Below are positions 19,932 to 28,512 of a DNA stretch of 41,822 nucleotides, one piece after another. The DNA comes from a virus. A model generated the notes under the pieces. It ran no database searches, was not told the origin of the DNA, and saw nothing but the letters and a program-made list of their open reading frames with translations. The stretch lies in UHGV virus genome UHGV-0104471; one strand, written 5' to 3'. Position numbers and translations under genes: made by a program. Numbering within the stretch: position 1 is the stretch's first letter; each line of letters starts with the position of its first letter.

Positions 19932-20474
19932 TTAATTAGTGAGTCCGGGGATTACGGTTTGCCCGTGCTGTTCAAGGCGTTCAATTCTCGCCAGTAGCTG
20001 AGGCTTCTTAATTTTTCCCCAGCGATTAAGCAGGCGCCCTGACATGCTGGCAACATCCTTCTCTTTCATGTACTCCAGCATTACGGCATTTCTCTCTTCT
20101 TCAAATTGACGATGACCAACCTGAAGCATGGCGTACATCCAGTTAAATGCGTTGATGTAAGCAATTTTGATACGCATTGCTTCTTTTTTGGTGTAGGACA
20201 TAACCAAAAGCATCAACCCATCCTTGCGGAGACGGTAGAATTTTTGCGGCTTACCATTCTGTAACTCATTGTTTTTATAGCAAAGCTCAAAGTTGAGCTT
20301 TGTATCAAACTCAGGAGGGCAAGCTTCTATGGTTCGTTCAATGTCACGAACCACGTTCTTCGGCAGCTTTCCAAATGCTTTTGCCACCATAAAAGAATCT
20401 GTAACCGGATCGTTGTTTGCTACAAAAATTAGGTCTCTGAAATCTATATCGTTAACAACGGTTGGGTAGTTCAT
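19932..20474 (-). CDS. rha: Rha-family phage regulatory protein, 180 aa
   Basis: N-terminal Phage_pRha-like motif VTDSFMVAKAFGKLPKNVVRDIERTIEACPPEF. Confidence 0.6.
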   Translation of the reverse strand: MNYPTVVNDIDFRDLIFVANNDPVTDSFMVAKAFGKLPKNVVRDIERTIEACPPEFDTKLNFELCYKNNELQNGKPQKFYRLRKDGLMLLVMSYTKKEAMRIKIAYINAFNWMYAMLQVGHRQFEEERNAVMLEYMKEKDVASMSGRLLNRWGKIKKPQLLARIERLEQHGQTVIPGLTN

Positions 20475-20620
20475 TGCGTCTTTACCTTTTAGAAAGATGA
20501 GCCTGTTCGCACAGAAAAGCCGTCCCCGAGATGGTCGCCACCATATACGGCAATTCTCAGGCTCAGCTTTCTGAAAGACTCGGGATTGTTACGCGCTGCG
20601 ATGCGCGGTTTACTGCAGAT

Positions 20621-20646
20621 GCAAAAAAGCCCCGCAAATGCGAGGC
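20621..20646 (-). terminator. Rho-independent terminator downstream of the lysis cassette (- strand)
   Basis: On - strand RNA: GCCUCGC-auuu-GCGGGGC (7 bp including one U-G pair) followed by U6. Confidence 0.45.
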
Positions 20647-20820
20647 TAAATCCTGGTATTTGTAATGACTGGCTCTTATCTCAACGCAGCCCCTTACCGC
20701 GCGCCAGATGCTCAATATCAAGCATCAGCAATGAGATGTTTAATCTGGATTCACTCCAGAAGTGATCATCACCCTGTCTACAGAGCCAGATGTGAAGGAT
20801 GATGAGTAAAATTATCGCTA

Positions 20821-21288
20821 TCATCGAAGGCATTGCGTCCTAATGTATTCCTGAAGCGTTCTCAGTGCTGTTTGGTCGCGGATAATTCCGTCCCGGATAT
20901 CGAGAACGTTTCGTCCAGCAACTGGAGAGAGTTCGACGGTGGCATCATTGCCCATGCCGGAGGCGCTGGAGGTTTCGGCAGAGGATGGCACAGGGCATTT
21001 TCCTTTGACGAGCACCCTGCCACCATTATCAAGCTTCCGCAGAAGAGCATCATTTTCAGCTTTCGCATCAGCTAACTCCTTCGTGTATTTAGCATCGAGT
21101 GCATCAGCATCACGCTGGCGCTGCTGCATGTCAGTAATGGTGGCGTTCGCCTTCTCCAGTTCACTGGCCTTGTTATCGCGCTGCTCTTTGTAGGCGATTG
21201 CGTTATCACGGTAATGATTAACAGCCCATGACAGGCAGACGATGATGCAGATAACCAGAGCGGAGATAATCGCAGTTACTCTGCTCAT
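20821..21288 (-). CDS. Rz: i-spanin Rz
   Basis: N-terminal TM segment then coiled-coil-like region; follows the endolysin gene; start moved to ATG at 21288 (ATGA coupling with endolysin stop). Confidence 0.65.
   Translation of the reverse strand: MSRVTAIISALVICIIVCLSWAVNHYRDNAIAYKEQRDNKASELEKANATITDMQQRQRDADALDAKYTKELADAKAENDALLRKLDNGGRVLVKGKCPVPSSAETSSASGMGNDATVELSPVAGRNVLDIRDGIIRDQTALRTLQEYIRTQCLR
20862..21068 (-). CDS. Rz1: o-spanin Rz1 (lipoprotein), embedded in Rz in another frame
   Basis: Lipobox LIMVAGC followed by Pro-rich [11 protein letters not shown]; entirely inside the Rz reading frame; exact start uncertain. Confidence 0.55.
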   Translation of the reverse strand: MRKLKMMLFCGSLIMVAGCSSKENALCHPLPKPPAPPAWAMMPPSNSLQLLDETFSISGTELSATKQH

Positions 21289-21782
21289 TGCTGCCCCCAC
21301 AAACAGACTTCACGCTCAATCTCACGGCGAGTCATCAGCCCTTTCCATTGCTTACCGCCAGCATATGTCCAGCGACGTAGCTGATCACATGCGCCTTTGA
21401 TATCGCCCTGGTTTATTTTGCGAAGAAGCGTCGATGTTCTGAAATTGCCAGCACCCACGTTGTAAACGAATGAGTAAAGAGCGCCGCGCGTTGTTTCCGG
21501 TATATCGACTTTGATGTACGGGTTAATTTGTCTGGCGACAGTGGCAAGATCTTTATTCAGGAGGGCTTTGCATTCTGCTTCGGTATACGTTTTACCGAGC
21601 ATGATGTCTTTTCCGGTGTGTCCGTGACATACAGTCCATACGCCAACGATATCTTTGTATGGTATGTAGCTGACACCTTCCAGGCCATCGTCACCACTCG
21701 GACCAGTGATGAGCACAGACGCTATGGCAACAGCCCCACCACCAATAGCAGCAGCAACAGCCTTGCGTAATGATGGCGACAT
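21285..21782 (-). CDS. R: SAR endolysin (lysozyme), phage 21 R-type
   Basis: Near-identical to recalled phi21 R / DLP12 RrrD sequence; N-terminal signal-anchor-release segment [20 protein letters not shown]. Confidence 0.85.
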   Translation of the reverse strand: MSPSLRKAVAAAIGGGAVAIASVLITGPSGDDGLEGVSYIPYKDIVGVWTVCHGHTGKDIMLGKTYTEAECKALLNKDLATVARQINPYIKVDIPETTRGALYSFVYNVGAGNFRTSTLLRKINQGDIKGACDQLRRWTYAGGKQWKGLMTRREIEREVCLWGQQ

Positions 21783-21997
21783 TATTCACCTCTCGCAGCC
21801 TTACGCTTGTCTTCTCTGATTTTGAAATACAGATTTGTCAGATAAGTGAGAAAACCCAACACAAGGCTTCCAAGCACTCCAATCGCAGCCCACTGTGACG
21901 GACTGACCTGATCCAACCACTGCAAAAACCAGTATCCTGCACTACCAGCAGATGTTCCGTAGGCAATGCCAGTTGAGATTTTGTCCATTGATTTCAT
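21782..21997 (-). CDS. S: pinholin, phage 21 S-type (dual start MKSM...)
   Basis: Matches recalled S21 / DLP12 EssD sequence [33 protein letters not shown]...; two TM segments. Confidence 0.85.
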   Translation of the reverse strand: MKSMDKISTGIAYGTSAGSAGYWFLQWLDQVSPSQWAAIGVLGSLVLGFLTYLTNLYFKIREDKRKAARGE

Positions 21998-22115
21998 AGC
22001 AACGCCTCCGCCAGTAACGGATTGCGTAGTTCTTATATTGGGAAGGGAGAAAAAGAAGGCCGTAGCATAACTATCACTGATGAGTTCAGGATAGCCAGTG
22101 GCTACGGCTCAGTTT

Positions 22116-22191
22116 TGGTGCTGGTTAACGGACTTGACCCGCTACCAATTCGCTTACAAGGCGACCGCTCTACCATTGGAGCTAAACCAGC
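22116..22191 (-). tRNA. tRNA-Thr(UGU)-like gene, 76 nt
   Basis: Hand fold: acceptor GCUGGUU/AACCAGC, D-arm GCUC/GAGC, anticodon loop CUUGUAA, T-arm AGCGG/CCGUU (one G-U), 3' ACCA encoded; T-loop has G at position 54. Confidence 0.5.
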
Positions 22192-22196
22192 ATGTT

Positions 22197-22271
22197 TGGC
22201 GGGACAGCGTGGACTCGAACCACGATAAGAAGGTTAACAGCCTTCCGTAATGACCTTTATACGACTGACCC
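22197..22271 (-). tRNA. tRNA-Asn(GUU)-like gene, 75 nt, imperfect acceptor and D stems
   Basis: Hand fold: anticodon arm GAAGG-CUGUUAA-CCUUC, T-arm CGUGG-UUCGAGU-CCACG, 3' GCCA; acceptor stem has one U-U mismatch; resembles E. coli tRNA-Asn around the anticodon and T arm. Confidence 0.4.
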
Positions 22272-22275
22272 AAAT

Positions 22276-22318
22276 AAAAAAAAGCCACCGTTGCAACTTA
22301 AGAGTCACTAACGGCAGC
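22276..22318 (-). terminator. candidate terminator (tR'-like) between Q and the tRNA-like genes
   Basis: On - strand: GCUGCCG...CGGUGGC stem (two G-U pairs, long loop) followed by U8; weak. Confidence 0.3.
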
Positions 22319-22335
22319 TTACCTTCTAATTATGG

Positions 22336-22854
22336 CTAAATGGATAATTGCATGTCAAGGCTTTTAACAGCAACATGCTTAACTTTCTCAACACGTTTAC
22401 GCATTTTGAAAGCATTTTGCATTGGCTGGTACAAAACAAATAACGACGCTTTCAGGATGTCGTCAATTTCGTTTCTACAGGTTGCCAGTGAAGGTTTTCT
22501 CCATCCCTCGCCACCACGTCCACACATCTTGCGTGGCTTTGCAGTCGCGTGATAGTAGGATGCAATTGCTCGCTTAGATGAACCATGAGCGTAGTAGCTG
22601 AGGAGGATGCCAAAGGCTTTCTTGTCAATGTACATGACGGAATCGACGACCTGAGAAATCAACATTCCATCATCATCATTACACATTGGCCTTGTCATAA
22701 CTCTTCCCGGCTCTACGCTCTCCATGAACTTCGCTATTACGCTGCTCATGCGCTTTTCCAGACGACCTGAATAAACCCATGCGCCCCACAGTTCAAGCCA
22801 GCCATTCAGCCACTCGTGCTGCTCTTTGGTGAGGTTTAGTTCTCTTATGCTCAT
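22336..22854 (-). CDS. Q: late-gene antiterminator Q (Phage_antitermQ family, DLP12 QuuD-like)
   Basis: Position between ninH and the lysis cassette; shares recalled QuuD motifs (LELWGAW, CNDDDGM). Confidence 0.6.
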   Translation of the reverse strand: MSIRELNLTKEQHEWLNGWLELWGAWVYSGRLEKRMSSVIAKFMESVEPGRVMTRPMCNDDDGMLISQVVDSVMYIDKKAFGILLSYYAHGSSKRAIASYYHATAKPRKMCGRGGEGWRKPSLATCRNEIDDILKASLFVLYQPMQNAFKMRKRVEKVKHVAVKSLDMQLSI

Positions 22855-23039
22855 CGTCTTCCTCTCTTGCCCTGTTTGACCATCAGGACGCCGTTAACTA
22901 TTACGTGACGCTCGCCTTTGCTGTCTCGGTTGTACTTGAGCACTGTTCCTCTTGCACAGGAAAGCATCCTCGCCACTTCGGTCTGATTGCCTCGTGTCTG
23001 GATAAGAAGCTCTGGTATCGTTTGAATTGTGGCGTTCAT
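22851..23039 (-). CDS. ninH: NinH-like DNA-binding protein
   Basis: TIPELLIQTRGNQTEVARMLSCARGTVLKY resembles lambda NinH (recalled); position upstream of Q. Confidence 0.65.
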   Translation of the reverse strand: MNATIQTIPELLIQTRGNQTEVARMLSCARGTVLKYNRDSKGERHVIVNGVLMVKQGKRGRR

Positions 23040-23398
23040 ACGTTCTCCAGTTCGGTGATTTTTATTCCAAGCCTTCCGCCTGGTACTTTCACACCACGAA
23101 TTACGCGAATGTCATCGAATTGCTCGTCGTCTTCCGCAAATCCGGCGTGGATAAGGGAGTCGAGTAAACCTTTCAGGATGTTGTCGAGGTCGCGGCGGCG
23201 GGAGTCTGGAACGTCTGCGATGACTTTGATGCGGAGTCGTGATTTGGTGAAAATGTCTAACTTAAGTTGGCGGATGATTTGCTGAACGTCTTTTCGGTAT
23301 TTCTGGCCTTTATCGCTTATGTAATATTGGCTTCCCCGTCTTCGCCAGTAGGTATTCACCGACAGCGGGTATGGAAGCACAAACTGATATTCGTTCAT
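23036..23398 (-). CDS. rusA: Holliday junction resolvase RusA
   Basis: Motifs SxNxYW, DxxNxxK and C-terminal GGRLxIxIxE match RusA; ATGA coupling. Confidence 0.85.
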   Translation of the reverse strand: MNEYQFVLPYPLSVNTYWRRRGSQYYISDKGQKYRKDVQQIIRQLKLDIFTKSRLRIKVIADVPDSRRRDLDNILKGLLDSLIHAGFAEDDEQFDDIRVIRGVKVPGGRLGIKITELENV

Positions 23399-23685
23399 GA
23401 CTTAATCTTCCCCTCCTTCAGCAGTATCGCCTGCGTCCTGATTACGCCTTCGAGGTGGTAAAGTCTGGCGTCTTTGTTGTCGAGATTATGGGTGCGTCGG
23501 TCGATTTCATCGTGGCAGTCACTACAAGCCCATGCGCCGATCAGGTCGTCAGGTTTCATTCCCGTTCCGCAAATTCCAGCCATCCGGTAATGTGCCAGAA
23601 CTGTAGTTTCAGGATTACCATTGCATACGCCGTAAATACGTACCTGGCATTCTCTGCCGCGTGCTTCTTTGCGTAGGTTAGCCAT
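23395..23685 (-). CDS. YbcO-like protein (DUF1364, putative nuclease)
   Basis: ARGRECQVRI...CNGNPETTVLAH...CSDCHDEIDRRTH matches recalled DLP12 YbcO; four-Cys motif. Confidence 0.7.
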   Translation of the reverse strand: MANLRKEARGRECQVRIYGVCNGNPETTVLAHYRMAGICGTGMKPDDLIGAWACSDCHDEIDRRTHNLDNKDARLYHLEGVIRTQAILLKEGKIKS

Positions 23686-24407
23686 TAAGCAGCCTCCCCG
23701 GTTACTTTCAGCATCCCGTTATCGAGCAGCTTTCTGGTCAGCCACTGTTGACCACGCCCGGTGATTTTTGTGGTGAACGATATCTGTATTCCGTGATTTG
23801 TGTTGACCGCTGTTTCTTTCACTGTGAAATAGCCGCGATCCATATATTCCTGCATTGGCACATTGCGCCGGGAACCTGAAGCAATTAGGATTTTGTGATC
23901 GCGCATCCACGCAAACAGCTTGTTCGGACCAATACCGACAACCTTTGCAAAGTTTCCAATCAAAATTCCGCTGGCCTCGCCAACGCGATCGGCAAACTCA
24001 ACTTTAGGTGCGGCAATTGCGAGCTGGTTTTCCAGTTGCATTTTCTGCTCAGCAAGATCAGCAGCAAGGCGCAACGCTTCCGGTAGCGTTTTGGGGATAT
24101 TAACCGCAGCTTCTTCAAGCTCTCGCCAGCGGTCAACAAGGCGAGCGGTGAACTCTGGCGACAACTGGGCGACAACGACAATACTGTCTCGCTTACCTTG
24201 TTCGCCCTCGAAGACGTAATGCTCGTACTGAACATTGAACCCTAAGTTATTGATTCTTTCGGAAACCTCAATTTGAGGAAGCCGGATAACACCATTTTTA
24301 GCCAGCGTTTCGATGGTACGTTTCACATTGTCATGACGCTTACCCACCAACTCAGCGATTTCAATGCTTGTCATTTTGATGGCATTGCCATTTATTAACT
24401 CATTCAT
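23685..24407 (-). CDS. antirepressor-type regulator: Rha N-terminal domain + KilAC/ANT-like C-terminal domain, 240 aa
   Basis: N-terminus MTSIEIAELVGKRHDNVKRTIETL is a Phage_pRha signature; C-terminal half resembles antirepressor KilAC domains. Confidence 0.6.
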   Translation of the reverse strand: MNELINGNAIKMTSIEIAELVGKRHDNVKRTIETLAKNGVIRLPQIEVSERINNLGFNVQYEHYVFEGEQGKRDSIVVVAQLSPEFTARLVDRWRELEEAAVNIPKTLPEALRLAADLAEQKMQLENQLAIAAPKVEFADRVGEASGILIGNFAKVVGIGPNKLFAWMRDHKILIASGSRRNVPMQEYMDRGYFTVKETAVNTNHGIQISFTTKITGRGQQWLTRKLLDNGMLKVTGEAA

Positions 24408-24576
24408 CGTCTTCTTCCTCGTACATTGAGCTATTCGGATCGCTCATCAGTTCTGTACAGCACGCTTCACATACATGAACTTCCAGCACATGCAGCTTCT
24501 GACCGCAGTTAGCGCACGTTAAAGCCCGCTCGACGCTTTCTTTCTGGTATTGGAGGGATTGGGATGGGATAAGCAT
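24400..24576 (-). CDS. ninF: NinF-like zinc-binding protein, 58 aa
   Basis: [50 protein letters not shown] nearly matches recalled lambda NinF; track start was TTG at 24633, moved to ATG at 24576. Confidence 0.7.
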   Translation of the reverse strand: MLIPSQSLQYQKESVERALTCANCGQKLHVLEVHVCEACCTELMSDPNSSMYEEEDDE

Positions 24577-24976
24577 GGCTTTCACCATTAAAAAGTCGCT
24601 TGTAAGCATCAATGTCTCGTTTTGCTTCACCAAGCTTTCGTCTTAATTCCATGTTTTCTGATTCAAGCTTTTCCATGTCTTGCTGGTATCGATCGCGGTG
24701 TTCTTTCCATGCTTTTTGATACGCCTTCATGTATGTCATGTTGGCCTTTCTCTTTGCCTGACGAACTGCGTGGTGGTTTTTAACAAACCAGTCAGGGTCG
24801 TTAAATGCTGCTCTGGCGCATGTATACCAATAATTTGTTGCCTCCCTGTTTAGCCAATAAATACTGATAAATGGCAACCGGATAGACACCATTTTTCGTT
24901 GTGACTCTTTCTCGCCAAACATGTGCCCTTTTTTGATGCTAAGGCCAAATCCAGGTTGAATTAAAAGCATTGTCAT
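24509..24976 (-). CDS. hypothetical nin-region protein, about 155 aa, coiled-coil C-terminus
   Basis: Track ORF; start moved to ATG at 24976 (ATGA coupling with ninE stop); 3' end overlaps the ninF start. Confidence 0.45.
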   Translation of the reverse strand: MTMLLIQPGFGLSIKKGHMFGEKESQRKMVSIRLPFISIYWLNREATNYWYTCARAAFNDPDWFVKNHHAVRQAKRKANMTYMKAYQKAWKEHRDRYQQDMEKLESENMELRRKLGEAKRDIDAYKRLFNGESHAYPIPIPPIPERKRRAGFNVR

Positions 24977-25149
24977 TTCCTCGCACGATGTCTTAGCCAC
25001 CGGATATCCCACAGGTGAGCCGTGTAGTTGAAGGTTTTTACGTCAGATTCTTTTGGGATTGGCTTGCGTTTATTTCTGGAGCGCTTCGTTGGAAGGTATT
25101 TGCAGTTTTCGCAGATGATGTCGGTGATACTTCGTCGCTGTCGTCTCAT
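24973..25149 (-). CDS. ninE: NinE-like protein
   Basis: [58 protein letters not shown] matches recalled lambda NinE; start moved to internal ATG at 25149 (ATGA coupling). Confidence 0.7.
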   Translation of the reverse strand: MRRQRRSITDIICENCKYLPTKRSRNKRKPIPKESDVKTFNYTAHLWDIRWLRHRARK

Positions 25150-25673
25150 GCTGCCCTCCTGACGCCCTGCCCGATCGCCATCAATGCCGCTTTGGATACG
25201 GTAGTAAACATCCGTCGAGGACTGATGAACGGTCGCCAAATCAGCAGCATGGAACCTTTGCTGTTTCCCTTCTTCTCCAGCCCTGTCGATGGTTCGATAA
25301 AATTAATCCGTCCATCAGTGATGATGCGAACTTCGTCAACACTCTCCAGAGCCTTGCTGAACCATCCGACTGACATATCCTCTGGCACAAGCATAACTAC
25401 CGTCTGTCGCTGTTGTATGCACTGCTCAGCGGCTTTTTCCACCCACGGCCTGATATTGCTGTACGGTGGGTTATTCCAGATTGCACCGTGGCTTATCCAC
25501 TCAGAATTTAGCGCGTCGTCGGCCTCAGTTAACCAGTGAGCGCACAGAGCATTTTTGTCGCTCGCTGCCGAATCCAGCCAGAATCCAAACTCAATATCCA
25601 GTGCATCAAAAAGCCAAAGCGGCGTTTGCCAGCAGTCCTTGTCGTGTGCTGGCGTATTTGATTTGATAGTCAT
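25146..25673 (-). CDS. DNA N6-adenine methyltransferase (phage Dam-like)
   Basis: NPPY catalytic motif ([10 protein letters not shown]); start moved to ATG at 25673 (ATGA coupling with ninB). Confidence 0.65.
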   Translation of the reverse strand: MTIKSNTPAHDKDCWQTPLWLFDALDIEFGFWLDSAASDKNALCAHWLTEADDALNSEWISHGAIWNNPPYSNIRPWVEKAAEQCIQQRQTVVMLVPEDMSVGWFSKALESVDEVRIITDGRINFIEPSTGLEKKGNSKGSMLLIWRPFISPRRMFTTVSKAALMAIGQGVRRAA

Positions 25674-26110
25674 GCAGCCCGATCTCCCCATCGCGCTTTC
25701 CATTCGAGAGCTAGTCGCGCTTCGTCTGACCACTTAACGCCACGCTCTGTACCGAATGCCTGTATAAGCTCTAATAGCTCCGCAAATTCGCTTACACGCA
25801 TCCTGCTGGTTGACTGGCCTATTACCACAAAGCCATTCCCGGCAAGGTTAGGAACAACGTCCTGCTGCTTTAATGCTGCGGTAAACACACACTTCCAGCT
25901 TTCTGCATCCAGCCAGCGACCATGCCATTCAACCTGACGAGAGACGTCACCAAGGCAAGCCCAAAGCTTTCGATTCTGGTCTAAGCTGCGGTTGCGTTCC
26001 TGAATGGTTACTACGATTGGTTTGGTTGGGTCTGGAAGAATTTGCTGTACTGCGTGAATAGCGTTTTGCTGATGTGCTGGAGATCGAATTTCAAAGGTTA
26101 GTTTTTTCAT
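25670..26110 (-). CDS. ninB: NinB (Orf) recombination mediator
   Basis: MKKLTFEIRSPAHQQNAIHAVQQILPDPTKPIVVTIQERNRSLDQNRKLWACLGDVSRQVEWHGRWLD matches recalled lambda NinB; start at internal ATG 26110. Confidence 0.8.
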   Translation of the reverse strand: MKKLTFEIRSPAHQQNAIHAVQQILPDPTKPIVVTIQERNRSLDQNRKLWACLGDVSRQVEWHGRWLDAESWKCVFTAALKQQDVVPNLAGNGFVVIGQSTSRMRVSEFAELLELIQAFGTERGVKWSDEARLALEWKARWGDRAA

Positions 26111-26186
26111 GACTTCCCTCTCCCCCAAATAAAAAGGCCTGCGATTACCAGCAGGCCTGTTATTAGCTCAGTGATGTAGATGGTCA

Positions 26187-27623
26187 TCAGAATCCTCCTT
26201 TCTTCTTGGATTGCGGTTCCTCGCGTTCACGGCGGCGCATTTCAGCAGACTGTTGGTCTGTGTCATAAATAGCGCCATTTGCCTGAATGCAATACACCGT
26301 GCCGGTATTGCCATGACGATTGAGACGAAGGATTAGTTCGGTTTCACCAGGTGGAACACTGTCATCAAAAGCACCTTCACGATGGATCCCCACCCAATAA
26401 TCGCAATCCTGTTCAATCTGCCCTGTATCTCGTGAGTCACTTGGTAATGGGCGTTTATTGGTTCGGCTTTCCAGTGCGCGGTTAAGCTGTGTCAGAAGCA
26501 CAACAACGCAATCAAGCTCTTTGGCAAGGTTCTTCAGTCCTTTGGTGATCATGCCGTAAGCAAGGTCGTTGCGATCGGCCTTCTCAGCGGTCATTAGTGT
26601 CAGGTAATCGACCAGAATCATGCCAACACATCCTTTTTCTCGCTTGATTCGACGGCTTTCGCTGACGATTTGAGCCAGAGATAATCCCGGCGTGTCGTCG
26701 ATGTAAAGCATGTCGATTTCACTCAAGCGATTGGCTGTTTCGATCGCCCTGTTGAAGTCACCATCGTAATCACCCTGATAGCCGTCATCGGCGTCATTTG
26801 TCGCCGGAAGGTAAAAAATATTCGGGTTAACACCTGACTTCTGTCCTACCAGCTTTTCCAGTATCTGGTCGCCAGGCATTTCAAGACTGAACATCAGAGC
26901 GGGCTTTTTCTCATGCACTGCGCAGTTGATTGCCATCTGGCTGTATAGCGTCGTTTTCCCCATCTTAGGGCGAGCGCCAATGACGAACAGAGAGCCTTTC
27001 ACCAGACCTTTCGGTGACAGCATCCTGTCCAGAGATGGGATCCCTGTGCTCATTCCTCGTTGTTCGCCTGACGGGTCAAATCGCTTCTCAAGGTCGCTAA
27101 CCCAGTCTTCCATGACCTCACCAAATGAGCGAAGGCCGCGACGCGATCCGGTTTTTGCATGGTCTGTCAGTTGCGTGAAAATCGCCTGAATAGCTTCGTA
27201 CTTCTGCGTCGCAGTCATTCCGTTGCGGGAATAGAGCAATTCCGTCGCTTCAGTCATGCGGTTGATGGCGTAGCGTTCCATTGCGGTTTCGCGAACCTGC
27301 ATTGCATAGGCAACGATGTTTGCGGCGCTTGCCGTGTTCTTTGCGATCTCAGCGATATAAGCAAAACCGCCAACAGACGCCGTTAACGATTTACGCTCCA
27401 GTTCACCGAAAAGCGTCAGGCCATCTACTGGCTTTTGCTCCCGGTGCATTCTGGTTATTTCTTCGAAAAGGATTTTGTGTGGTCGGCTGTAAAATGAATC
27501 AGGCTTCAGCATCGCCAGAACTTTCTGGACGCGCTCACTGCTGTCATCATCCAGAAGCAATCCACCAATCACCGCCTGCTCTGCCTCGATGCTATGGGGC
27601 GGCGCATAAAAATTATCGGTCAT
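26187..27623 (-). CDS. replicative DNA helicase, DnaB family (P22 gp12-like)
   Basis: DnaB-like N-terminus (HSIEAEQAVIGGLLLD), Walker A GARPKMGKTT, Walker B ILVDYLTLM; start ATG 27623 with SD GAGGG (track start was GTG 27638). Confidence 0.85.
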   Translation of the reverse strand: MTDNFYAPPHSIEAEQAVIGGLLLDDDSSERVQKVLAMLKPDSFYSRPHKILFEEITRMHREQKPVDGLTLFGELERKSLTASVGGFAYIAEIAKNTASAANIVAYAMQVRETAMERYAINRMTEATELLYSRNGMTATQKYEAIQAIFTQLTDHAKTGSRRGLRSFGEVMEDWVSDLEKRFDPSGEQRGMSTGIPSLDRMLSPKGLVKGSLFVIGARPKMGKTTLYSQMAINCAVHEKKPALMFSLEMPGDQILEKLVGQKSGVNPNIFYLPATNDADDGYQGDYDGDFNRAIETANRLSEIDMLYIDDTPGLSLAQIVSESRRIKREKGCVGMILVDYLTLMTAEKADRNDLAYGMITKGLKNLAKELDCVVVLLTQLNRALESRTNKRPLPSDSRDTGQIEQDCDYWVGIHREGAFDDSVPPGETELILRLNRHGNTGTVYCIQANGAIYDTDQQSAEMRRREREEPQSKKKGGF

Positions 27624-28512
27624 CGTGTTCACCCTCACGAACTTTCAGGTAGGTATTATCGTTAAGCAGGAAATCAAATCCCTTTTTGTGCCAGACGGTT
27701 CCGCGCTGATGGTTTTGGCGCTCTTCGAACATCCATCGGCAATTTTCGCCTACGTAGCTCAAATAATTTCTCCAGTCCTGCATCGTGAACCCATGCCCGT
27801 CAAGCTGGCGGGTTATCACTCCGGCTTTGCGCCAGAACGTTCGGATCTGGTTTTTACGCTTGTCATTCAGTGCGCGGATTTTTGGCGCTTCAGGAAGGAT
27901 TTCGTGGTAAGCATCGACAACATCCTGACAGCTAACGGAAGGTTTTTTCTTGTCAGACTTTTTGTCTGCTGCGGTACTCTCTAATACGTCAGTATTAGAG
28001 ATAATATTATTATATTCTTTATCTGTGGTAATTTGCTGGTAATCTGCTGGTACAGTATTGCTTGCAGGCATTGGTATTGCTGGCTTTGAGGTGGTAATTT
28101 GCTGGTAATCTGCTGGTACAAAATTTGACTGATAATCGTCATATTTCTCTACCGAGAAAACTGAGAATTTACCGTGTGAAACCCAGTCAATCATGCCGAG
28201 TTTTTTGAACTTTCTAAGCAGGTACTGAACGCGATCTGGTTTGAGTCCTGTTTCAAACGCCAGAGAGTTTCTACCGCCAAGTAGCTTCCCTCTGCCTACC
28301 AGAATTTCTCCTGCGTCAGTCATTACATACTCAGGCGTATGCTTTGCTTTGAGGATTAAGTGAACCCACAGATGCGCAGCTTCTGCGTCCTTGTAAAACG
28401 GCACATCCATAATTTTACGGTGCAGCAAGGCATACCCCTTACCGCTGCTTTGATGCGGTTGTTGTAGCCTTCTGGCCTCTCTGGCTTCGGCTAGATTAGA
28501 TATGTTACTCAT
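27613..28512 (-). CDS. replication initiator, O-like (replisome organizer), carries internal iterons
   Basis: Position between cII and the helicase; internal peptide repeat [10 protein letters not shown] x2 encoded by DNA iterons; not similar to recalled lambda O. Confidence 0.6.
   Translation of the reverse strand: MSNISNLAEAREARRLQQPHQSSGKGYALLHRKIMDVPFYKDAEAAHLWVHLILKAKHTPEYVMTDAGEILVGRGKLLGGRNSLAFETGLKPDRVQYLLRKFKKLGMIDWVSHGKFSVFSVEKYDDYQSNFVPADYQQITTSKPAIPMPASNTVPADYQQITTDKEYNNIISNTDVLESTAADKKSDKKKPSVSCQDVVDAYHEILPEAPKIRALNDKRKNQIRTFWRKAGVITRQLDGHGFTMQDWRNYLSYVGENCRWMFEERQNHQRGTVWHKKGFDFLLNDNTYLKVREGEHDDR
28025..28120. repeat. iteron array (candidate origin of replication) inside the O-like gene
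   Basis: 30-bp unit gtggtaatttgctggtaatctgctggtaca at 28025-28054 and 28091-28120, each holding two GGTAATYTGCTGG sub-repeats, plus a related ggtattgctgg between; adjacent AT-rich stretch 27981-28024. Confidence 0.5.

Noticed and set aside
20503-20514. LexA-box-like palindrome ctgttcgcacag upstream of the Rha gene
   Set aside because: It is CTGT-N4-ACAG, not the CTGT-N8-ACAG spacing of an SOS box
22022-22228. Track ORF on the + strand overlapping the tRNA-like region
   Set aside because: The same DNA folds as two tRNA-like cloverleaves on the - strand; the ORF has no convincing RBS and is likely spurious
24577-24633. TTG-initiated N-terminal extension of ninF, and N-terminal extensions of ninE, the Dam-like gene, ninB, N, cII and the helicase in the track
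   Set aside because: Internal ATG codons give ATGA stop-start coupling or a clear SD and match the recalled lengths of the lambda proteins
28025-28120. Possible CRISPR array suggested by direct repeats
   Set aside because: Only two long copies with related sub-repeats, all inside a coding region and encoding a peptide repeat; there is no repeat-spacer periodicity and no cas genes, so iterons are the better explanation
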